Below are positions 51,731 to 59,172 of a stretch of DNA of 64,000 nucleotides, in pieces (position 1 is the stretch's first letter; each line of letters opens with the position of its first letter). Position numbers and translations under genes: made by a program. Below the pieces are notes generated by a model that was not told the origin of the DNA, searched no databases, and was given only the letters and a program-made list of their open reading frames with translations. The stretch comes from Bacteroidia bacterium (GTDB lineage Bacteria; Bacteroidota; Bacteroidia; 2-12-FULL-35-15): NCBI GenBank assembly GCA_036170475.1, contig JAVHPE010000206.1, positions 91,080 through 155,079 on the forward strand, read 5' to 3'.

Positions 51731-52534
51731 TTAGTGATTTTTATAGAATTGAAGATTCACGGTAAAATTCATTAGATCGGCAATGTTTGTGGTCCATTCA
51801 CCGTATGTTTTATTGTTTACCGCGATAGTATTGCCTGCCAGATCAATATGCGCAGGAAGGGGTACATATTGAATCGTTGAATTCACATCCATGTGTTCTG
51901 AACGTAAAAAAGAAAAATGACCGGTAAAGGATGCACGGTATTTATCGTTTATGAAATCACCATCAGTATCGAAATCAGATGTTCCGTTATAATTAAAATA
52001 GAGATTAACAGGTGTGGAAATGATTGTTCCATCAGCTAAACCACTTGGTAAGCGATAACGGTTGAATGAAAAAGTTCCTAAGGCCACATAACCTGTTCCA
52101 GATCTTACAATGTTTGTACTACGGAACCAGGCAGTATCACTGACAGGATCTACAATTGTTTTGAGTGTATCCAAATAGGTTTCGCCCATGTAACAGCGAA
52201 TACATTTTCCTAATCCATCACGCAAGGGTTCGCCTGAATCGATTGAAGACAAGGTAACCCATGCATTAATGTTGCAGTTAGAAAGGTTTGCCTCATCAAA
52301 AGTAAATTTTGGCCAGAATCCGAAATTATTGAAACGTCCGGTGAGTTTACCAACGGAGTAATCGAGGTAATTGGATTCCCAACTCACATTACCATGTGGT
52401 TTATCGTGGGTCCATAATACATCCACTAAGGCATTGCCAGTGATTGGAGTTCCGGTAAGTTCAGAGATGGAATCTTTCTTTTTGCAAGTTGTAAGCGAAA
52501 AGGCCAGAACCGAAAGAAATAAGATCTTCTTCAT
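51731..52534 (-). CDS. Hypothetical lipoprotein
   Basis: Lipobox SLTTC; 3 bp from the downstream lipoprotein gene, suggesting an operon. Confidence 0.5.
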   Translation of the reverse strand: MKKILFLSVLAFSLTTCKKKDSISELTGTPITGNALVDVLWTHDKPHGNVSWESNYLDYSVGKLTGRFNNFGFWPKFTFDEANLSNCNINAWVTLSSIDSGEPLRDGLGKCIRCYMGETYLDTLKTIVDPVSDTAWFRSTNIVRSGTGYVALGTFSFNRYRLPSGLADGTIISTPVNLYFNYNGTSDFDTDGDFINDKYRASFTGHFSFLRSEHMDVNSTIQYVPLPAHIDLAGNTIAVNNKTYGEWTTNIADLMNFTVNLQFYKNH

Positions 52535-52796
52535 ACTTTAAAATTTTGTAAAGTAAATATATTAAAATTATAGGCAGGAAATGTATGTATTTACATTTAA
52601 TATTTTTGACATGTGTGCTTTAATTACTTACTATCCAAAGAATAGCTTAGGGTATCTGGAATCGGTTGTATTATAGTTAATGAAGTGGAGGCAGTCATTT
52701 AGAACCTTAGGAGCTAATACTCCAAATTCAATAAAATCTGTTACTGTTTAGAAGGGTGCTTGTATGTCAACTGTATGCAAATAATAGAAAACAAAA

Positions 52797-52818
52797 AAGC
52801 CTTTCTCTCGAAAGGCTT
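52797..52818 (-). terminator. Rho-independent terminator (bidirectional form)
   Basis: aagcctttc-tctc-gaaaggctt (9-bp stem) with an A-run on the 5' side and a T-run on the 3' side. Downstream of the minus-strand gene ending at 52940. Confidence 0.5.
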
Positions 52819-52939
52819 GATTTTGTGGTGGAAGCAACCATGCCCGAATCGAACGAAATTATTAAGGATTTGGCTAAAATTCAGCATGTTAAGTTTTTGT
52901 AATTTTCTTCCGGTTAAAGTAATCATTTTTTGATTTGTT

Positions 52940-53452
52940 TTATTCTGCTTCGATAAAATTATAATAGTATTCACTTAGTTCATCGTGAAATCCCCAGCCT
53001 ATATTTTTTGTATCGTCCATTATTTTTTTACAACGGAGTTTAAAACGCTCTTGCATCCCGTTTGTTTTAATATACTTACCGACATCGTGAAACATCCCGG
53101 CAATACTATTGTAAAAAGGTTCGTCAATATCACCAAAAGCATTTGTGTAGTTTACACCACATTCCACATAAAACAACATTACATCTGCAATATCATTTTC
53201 TGTTGGAGATAATTTTTTGAAGCCGGTAATAGCTTTGCGGGCTTCCCGTAATTTTAAATCGTAATTGAAATTAGTGCTGATACATTTACTGATTATTTTC
53301 TTTGCATCCTCTTTAGCTTTATCACTATTGGGATTGATAGAAAACTCATAGTATGTTTTTACATCTTTATATTTAGCATTCAGCTCAATTATTTGAGCAA
53401 CCAACTGTTCTTTACTAAATTGTTGCAAATATTTTTTTAACGACATAACCAT
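52940..53452 (-). CDS. Hypothetical protein (170 aa)
   Basis: ORF only; good coding character. Confidence 0.45.
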   Translation of the reverse strand: MVMSLKKYLQQFSKEQLVAQIIELNAKYKDVKTYYEFSINPNSDKAKEDAKKIISKCISTNFNYDLKLREARKAITGFKKLSPTENDIADVMLFYVECGVNYTNAFGDIDEPFYNSIAGMFHDVGKYIKTNGMQERFKLRCKKIMDDTKNIGWGFHDELSEYYYNFIEAE

Positions 53453-53478
53453 TTTACTATTAGCTGAAACGTAAAAAA

Positions 53479-54297
53479 TTATAATGGAACTCCGGGAATA
53501 CTTATTTTATTGATGCACCAATAATCATATTCATATTTTAACATAAAATCTCCAGTTCCTGAAAAAACTTTTTTCTCATCACTACCTTCTATAATGCCTG
53601 TATAGTTTATATCAAAACACACATCCGCTGTATTTTCATCTATTTTCAATACTGTTATTTTAAACTGTTTTAATTTGAAGGAATCGAAGGCTTTCCGAAA
53701 TACTTCCATTTGCTTTACTGCATCTTCTTGTTTTATAATGCCGTCCTTAGAATAAATCTCGCTGGAAATAGGCATAAAGGAAGGATTCAGATTTATTTTT
53801 TTATTTAAAAGACCTTCTACTAATTCTTTACAATTGTTTTTAATGTCATCTTCATGATTGGGATGAAATTCTTCATAAATAAAATTATGTGTCACCCCTT
53901 CAATCATCATATCGTCTGTTTCTTCAAGGAATAATTCTTCTGTAATAAAACGGTACAATTCCCTGTCATCAACTTTGCAAATGGTATCTATACCAATTCC
54001 TTTTAGACCAAGCAGATTTAAAATTCTTTTTAGTTCAAATTTTATTTCAGTTGCGGAAATTTCATTCACAGGTTTGTATGCAGGCTTCTCAACAAAATCA
54101 TAAATACTAATTCTTTTACTTTTTGCGTAAGAATCTTCAAATTTTTGTACCTGATTTAGCCACTGACCTTCCTGTTCGGGAGATAATTTTTTTTCGGATG
54201 GAGAGAAAAAACTTGTTCCCTGCTCTAAAGACATTTTCATTTTTTTTATTTCGTTCTCTATCCTGAGCTTGTTAAGTTCGTCTTCTTCGTTTTCCAT
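53479..54297 (-). CDS. Hypothetical protein (272 aa)
   Basis: ORF only; acidic, coiled-coil N-terminus. Confidence 0.45.
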   Translation of the reverse strand: MENEEDELNKLRIENEIKKMKMSLEQGTSFFSPSEKKLSPEQEGQWLNQVQKFEDSYAKSKRISIYDFVEKPAYKPVNEISATEIKFELKRILNLLGLKGIGIDTICKVDDRELYRFITEELFLEETDDMMIEGVTHNFIYEEFHPNHEDDIKNNCKELVEGLLNKKINLNPSFMPISSEIYSKDGIIKQEDAVKQMEVFRKAFDSFKLKQFKITVLKIDENTADVCFDINYTGIIEGSDEKKVFSGTGDFMLKYEYDYWCINKISIPGVPL

Positions 54298-54510
54298 GCA
54301 ATTAGTTTTTATAAAACATCAATCGTTTACTTTCTAATAACCACTTGTTCCTCTAATTCGCGCAATTTTAGCTTCTTTTAACGTTTATCTAAATATTTCT
54401 GCTAATCCTTTCTGCCCAATGCCGGCTTTTTTCTCAGCAAGCGTATTGTTTTTTTTCGACTGGTTTTCGCTAGTTATTTAGGCGGTGTCTTCTTTAGTCT
54501 TTCTTTCATT

Positions 54511-54583
54511 TGCCCAATCACTACCCAATTAGCCCAATTATTGCCCAATCAATGTGCAATTTGTGCAATTAATGTGCAATTCA
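54511..54583. repeat. Phased short tandem repeats: 4x (T/G)(G/C)CCCAAT then 3x GTGCAAT, about 10-bp period
   Basis: CCCAAT at 54513, 54524, 54533 and 54544. GTGCAAT at 54554, 54563 and 54574. The last copy abuts the stop codon of the AlbA_2 gene. Confidence 0.65.
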
Positions 54584-55897
54584 TTTTAGCTGATAAAATG
54601 CCCCGGCCCCTTTAACATCACTCGGAACAAGAATTTTTTTCTGAACTAAGTCAGCAAGGTCATTACTGGCAGTATTTCGAGAACAATCATTTAATAACTG
54701 ATAGTCTTTATTTGTAATTTTTCCTTTATCTTGAATAAAAACCACCGCTTTCAATTGTCGCTCGTTAAGCCCAATTTTAATTAGTTGTTCTTTGGTTAGG
54801 TTGTCTTTAAAAAGAGTTACCAAAAAACCTCCTTGAAATTCCTTGATTTCCGGTTCGGGCAATTCAGCATCCCTGCAAGCATCGTAAATTTTTAAAGTTC
54901 CACGACCCCATGAATCAATAAACCCTCCCTTAAAACATACATCGGCAAGTAATACATTTCGAGGTTCTGAGGCGTGAAATCCTTTTAGGGCTTCAAAAGT
55001 TAATCCTTGTGGAAGTGTGCCTGTATTCCAAAAATTAATCTTGTTATCATAAACACGTATTTGAATAGGGGCGCCCAAATAGTTGCGGTGTACAAGAGCA
55101 TTTAAAATAATTTCACGCAGAGCAGGTGTTGGATATTCACTTTTTTCAATCCGGTGCATACCTTCAAATTCAACTTTCCTGATAAGGAATTTATGATTCA
55201 ATTGATTTAAAACCGCTTGAAGTAATGAAAACAAGTTTCCTTCCTCTGTTTCCTGAAAAACAAGGTCTGCATCGTCTTTCCCGAAACGACCTATTTTTAC
55301 AAATGTATTTGGATAAAACTTTCCCGGGTCTTTGCCGAACAATATTATGGCAGCACGTTTTAATTGACCATTTTTTGAAAGACGCAATTTTTCCAATAAA
55401 TCTTTTGTGGAAAGCCCTTCATGTTCCGGCAAGCGACCTGATTTTACAGAGGCATTCAGGTATAATTTAATACTTGGCTCGTCAATGTCATTTAATGTTG
55501 CCTCAGGCTCAATCACATCGTCCCATGTTTTGCCCGATTTCTTCAACAGAAAATCATTCAGAGATGCCCCTGTTAATTCATGTTTGGTACTTCCACTCCG
55601 GTAATAATATCTTCCCCTTAATGAAATAGGAACAGTATATGGATGTGTAACTATTTCAATAAAACGTTTTCCTTTTTCTTCGTGTAAATTTACTTCAACA
55701 GAAATACCCATAGCGTTTCTAACCTTATTTGGTATGTCTTCCATCAATTTTTTATAATCATCAACGCCAACAGCTTTTCCGTTATCGTCTTTGCCGATGA
55801 AGATTATACCTCCTTGGGCGTTGGCAAAACCACATACCCATTTTAGATAGTCTTCGTGCCAACTTTGTTTGTATTCTATATTTTGTTGTTCCGGCAT
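54581..55897 (-). CDS. Schlafen-like AlbA_2 (divergent AAA) domain protein with HATPase_c_4 and C-terminal wHTH
   Basis: N-terminal IEYKQSW…FANAQGGIIFIGKDDNGKAVGV (AlbA_2 signature). Middle REIILNALVHRNY…IQIRVYDNKINFWNTG…RN.LLAD…GRG segment (HATPase_c_4). C-terminal LNERQLKAV…GKITNKDYQLL (wHTH). Confidence 0.7.
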   Translation of the reverse strand: MPEQQNIEYKQSWHEDYLKWVCGFANAQGGIIFIGKDDNGKAVGVDDYKKLMEDIPNKVRNAMGISVEVNLHEEKGKRFIEIVTHPYTVPISLRGRYYYRSGSTKHELTGASLNDFLLKKSGKTWDDVIEPEATLNDIDEPSIKLYLNASVKSGRLPEHEGLSTKDLLEKLRLSKNGQLKRAAIILFGKDPGKFYPNTFVKIGRFGKDDADLVFQETEEGNLFSLLQAVLNQLNHKFLIRKVEFEGMHRIEKSEYPTPALREIILNALVHRNYLGAPIQIRVYDNKINFWNTGTLPQGLTFEALKGFHASEPRNVLLADVCFKGGFIDSWGRGTLKIYDACRDAELPEPEIKEFQGGFLVTLFKDNLTKEQLIKIGLNERQLKAVVFIQDKGKITNKDYQLLNDCSRNTASNDLADLVQKKILVPSDVKGAGAFYQLK

Positions 55898-55918
55898 TGG
55901 TTGTTTTCCATTATTTAG

Positions 55919-57859
55919 TTAAAGGATGCTTTCTTTTGAAAAATCTACTTTTAATTGCTTCGCTTGTTGTCTGAAAAGTTCCATGCCTGGAATGTCATCA
56001 TATCTTTCACTAAGTTTATTCCTTAGTCCAAACAATCTCTTTTCTGCTGTGTCAACAAGTTGGTCGAAAATGCAAACATTTACCTTTCCTCTGTCCCCAA
56101 CTTTTACAATTAATTCAACCTTTTCTGAAAATTCTTTTCCGATTACATAACAATCTATACTTGGGTTTCCAATAAGATTCCCACAATTAATAAAATTTTC
56201 AACATAACTCATTGCTTGATTTCTTTCCTTTCGTGAAAGCTTTGAGCCACCTTTTTTCAATTCAATTAAAAGTATTTTGCTGACATTTGAAAGCGAGGAA
56301 TCGATTTCAAATGTTTCTGTTCCGGTTACTGAGAGTGTTGAGTTTGATAAAACAACAATATCGGGCCTCTTTCTGTGATTATTAAATACATTTTTTTGAA
56401 TTTCTGTTTTGAATACAATCTCAACAGCATTTTGTAATTGTCTATTTGAAGCATATTCTGCCGATTCGTATTCAGGACTAAATAACCACCTTGCACTTGT
56501 TACCAATGGATGCAGTACATGAAGTTCATCTACATCTTTATCACCTGCTAATTTTCTTATCGCCTCAATAACAGAGATTCTATTATCAATTTCATCTAGC
56601 ACAGTTAAAGCATCCCTTACCGACCAATTTTCAAGTAACATGTTTAGACCAGAAATATCATCTTCGGTGAGCTTTGAAAGCTTTACTAATAAATCTTTTC
56701 CACTTCTTGTTTTTTCAAGATTGATGATTGCTTCAACTGCTATCGAAATTGCTTCTTGTTTTGCAGTAGGATGAGCAACGGTGATAGTTTCAATGGCTTC
56801 ATTCAATTCGTATCTTGCAAGAGGCGATAAAACAGCATAGTCTTGAGCAAATTCACTTTTTATTTGTTCTTTGGTTTCTTCAATATTTTCTTTTGCAACC
56901 ACACTAAACATTTCATTTACATATTCTCCGACAGCTCTGTAAACTTCATTCATGAGTTCTCCTTGTTTAAAGCCTGTCCAATCTTCAAAAATGTAATCTG
57001 CCAAGTCATTAGTTTTTACAACAACAGTATATCGCCTTGCATATTTGGTTCTTCCGTCAAGAATAAATTCGTTTCCTAAAATCCAAGAAGGTTCGCCAAC
57101 TAAGCGCCCACCTTGCCAGAAGGCAATACCCTGATATATTGTGGAACGCGCTGTTTTTTGTGAGTCAATGAAATGAACTTGAAGATTGATGTTTTTTACC
57201 GAAATTGTTTTAGTGTTCATTAAACCGGAAAGTTGTTCAAGAGCGACTGTCTTTTTGTTTATTGAAACTATAAACTTTGGGTCGTGAAGAAATCTTGCTG
57301 AAATAATTTCTAAAATTTTTTGTGCCTTTGGTAAATTTTTGGCTACAATAACTTCCAATCTTGTTCCTGATGTTTTTGATTCTGCAAATTCATTTTTTTT
57401 AATTACAAATGGTTGTGTTTCACTTATTGTTGTAATTACAAAAGTTGATTTTACCCCTTCTGCATTTGTGATTACCGTATATTCATTATTGAAACATAAT
57501 AATCCATGTCGTCCAATTCCGTTTCTTCCGTAAGCAAAACGTTTTGCATCAATACCCTTTGGAAATATTACATTTTTGCCTTGGTGTTTCAACCTGTTAT
57601 ATCCAAGTTTCATCCATCTGCTATAAAACTGCTCTTTTGTTAAACCTGTTCCATTATCTTCAATAACTAATTTGCTTCCGTAATCTTCTGGGATGCTAAT
57701 GTTTACAATTGTTGCGCCTGCATCCCAAGCATTAGCGACTAATTCAGTTAAAGCAATCTCAGGATAATTGACGATTGCCCCAAGCGTTCTAATTAGGTAA
57801 TCTTCTTCAAATAAAGAACCTTGTGTAACTGGTGTTTTTTGTTGTGATGGTTTTGCCAT
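55919..57859 (-). CDS. GHKL-family (MORC/HATPase_c_3-like) ATPase fused to a C-terminal PD-(D/E)xK (NucS/Mrr-like) nuclease-type domain
   Basis: Bergerat-fold motifs are present: N-box ELVANAWDAGA, G1 IEDNGTGL and G2 GRNGIGRHG. The C-terminus carries RPDIVVL…(27 aa)…ILLIELKKGG…QAMSY, matching the D…(E/Q)xK restriction-endonuclease signature (compare NucS VVIELKRG). Confidence 0.65.
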   Translation of the reverse strand: MAKPSQQKTPVTQGSLFEEDYLIRTLGAIVNYPEIALTELVANAWDAGATIVNISIPEDYGSKLVIEDNGTGLTKEQFYSRWMKLGYNRLKHQGKNVIFPKGIDAKRFAYGRNGIGRHGLLCFNNEYTVITNAEGVKSTFVITTISETQPFVIKKNEFAESKTSGTRLEVIVAKNLPKAQKILEIISARFLHDPKFIVSINKKTVALEQLSGLMNTKTISVKNINLQVHFIDSQKTARSTIYQGIAFWQGGRLVGEPSWILGNEFILDGRTKYARRYTVVVKTNDLADYIFEDWTGFKQGELMNEVYRAVGEYVNEMFSVVAKENIEETKEQIKSEFAQDYAVLSPLARYELNEAIETITVAHPTAKQEAISIAVEAIINLEKTRSGKDLLVKLSKLTEDDISGLNMLLENWSVRDALTVLDEIDNRISVIEAIRKLAGDKDVDELHVLHPLVTSARWLFSPEYESAEYASNRQLQNAVEIVFKTEIQKNVFNNHRKRPDIVVLSNSTLSVTGTETFEIDSSLSNVSKILLIELKKGGSKLSRKERNQAMSYVENFINCGNLIGNPSIDCYVIGKEFSEKVELIVKVGDRGKVNVCIFDQLVDTAEKRLFGLRNKLSERYDDIPGMELFRQQAKQLKVDFSKESIL

Positions 57860-57919
57860 TTGTAAATTAAATTTTTTATCAAGTATTATGTTTCGACATC
57901 CTCATTCCTCCCTCCAAGC

Positions 57920-58447
57920 TCAATCCTGCGTTCCATCAATATCAAGCTTTTTCTTTAATTCATCTAAACTAATAGTGTTCTTTTTCTTTTCTTCATCGCT
58001 CATGTTTTTATATTCGTCAACAACATTTTTTATTCTATCAAAATCATTCTGAATTTCTTCTTCTTCAAATCCGGCATAAGTCATTTCGTTTAAACAATGC
58101 GCAATTATTTCGAGTTCAGTAAATTCTTTCAGTGTGAGTTTATCTATTCCCATTCCTAACCATTGGTTCCAAGGAGTATATTCAATAGCAAGGCCATCAT
58201 TAAAATCATCTTTATCGGGTTTAAGATTTATTCCGGCAACATCTACAATAGAGGGTTCAAATGTTTCATCATCATAATGTTGGTTTATTATAATGTTAAT
58301 AGCAACTTCCACAGGCTCCATCAGTTTTAACTTTTCAAAAACTTCTTTGTACTCGCTTATGTTATTTTCCTGTTCGGGATATAGAGCAAGCAATGTAGCT
58401 TCTACACTTAGCCAATTGGTTGTTTTTATTAGCGAATTGAATTTCAT
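57920..58447 (-). CDS. Acidic hypothetical protein (175 aa)
   Basis: ORF only; Glu/Asp-rich C-terminus. Lies 60 bp upstream of the GHKL-nuclease gene on the same strand. Confidence 0.45.
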   Translation of the reverse strand: MKFNSLIKTTNWLSVEATLLALYPEQENNISEYKEVFEKLKLMEPVEVAINIIINQHYDDETFEPSIVDVAGINLKPDKDDFNDGLAIEYTPWNQWLGMGIDKLTLKEFTELEIIAHCLNEMTYAGFEEEEIQNDFDRIKNVVDEYKNMSDEEKKKNTISLDELKKKLDIDGTQD

Positions 58448-58544
58448 TTTATAATTATTCTTGACAATAGTATTTTATATTTTTCTATTTATTGCTCAAC
58501 TCCTCCTTAATACCTCAAACTTTCGCTGTTTTTTGCTGAAAAAC

Positions 58545-59006
58545 CTATTCTATCCACTCAAAAAGATATTCAGGCTTGTGTTCAATTTCAAATTTGTTTA
58601 AAAAATCAATGTATTCTTCTTTGAATGTTTGCTTTTTATGATGTTGCTCTTGATTTAAAATATAATTGTAAACTTGTCCCATTTGTGAATGCGAATAGGA
58701 AAACGCTCCATAGCCTTCTTGCCATTGAAATTTTCCTTTAATAAATTTTTTTTCATTAATAAATTTTGAAGAGTTGTTTTTTATATCTCTTACCAAATCA
58801 GAAATTGCCATAGATGGTTTTAAACCAATAAAACAATGAATGTGGTCAGCAGCACCATTTACAATAATTGATTTTTGTTCCTTCCCTCTGATAATTCCGG
58901 AAATATATTTATGCAATTCATTTTTCCATTGTTTTCCAATAAGATTTTCTCTGCCTTTAACAGCAAATACAACTTGAATATAAATTTGTGAAAATGTGCC
59001 TGCCAT
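58545..59006 (-). CDS. REP-associated tyrosine transposase (RAYT; IS200-like HuH), second copy
   Basis: HuH motif ADHIHCFIGL and a Tyr region (…EEYIDFL). About 35-40% identical to RAYT-1, with conserved QEGYGAFS and EQHHKK segments. Confidence 0.85.
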   Translation of the reverse strand: MAGTFSQIYIQVVFAVKGRENLIGKQWKNELHKYISGIIRGKEQKSIIVNGAADHIHCFIGLKPSMAISDLVRDIKNNSSKFINEKKFIKGKFQWQEGYGAFSYSHSQMGQVYNYILNQEQHHKKQTFKEEYIDFLNKFEIEHKPEYLFEWIE

Positions 59007-59023
59007 AGCTTGTATTATTTAAA

Positions 59024-59169
59024 ATCCCGAAGGGATGTAATTATTATAAAAATTAAAAATCCATTTTGTGAAACCCTGAAGGGGTGATATTATTTTTATC
59101 AATTTCACCCCTTCGGGGTTCATATCATGTTTTACATTCTATTCTATAATCATATCAGCCCTTCGGGCT
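59024..59169. repeat. REP-like GC-rich hairpin array upstream of RAYT-2 (4 hairpins, alternating orientation)
   Basis: atcccGAAgggat (59024-36), accctGAAggggt (59073-85), caccccTTCggggt (59106-19) and agcccTTCgggct (59157-69). A different sequence family from the REP-1 units. Confidence 0.65.
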
Positions 59170-59172
59170 TGT

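Larger units (their letters stand above)
58545..59169 (-). mobile_element. RAYT-REP unit 2, inserted between the hsdMS gene and downstream operon genes
   Basis: Union of the RAYT-2 and REP array features. The REP array ends 4 bp from the hsdMS stop codon. Confidence 0.65.

Noticed and set aside
52830-52870. tRNA-like T-loop fragment (gttcgattcgggc on the minus strand), a possible att site
   Set aside because: The flanking sequence cannot form a T-stem or acceptor stem; no cloverleaf and no CCA-proximal acceptor pairing.
52741-52974. 77-aa minus-strand ORF
   Set aside because: It spans a terminator hairpin and an intergenic AT-rich region, overlaps the 3' end of the neighbouring gene and has low complexity.
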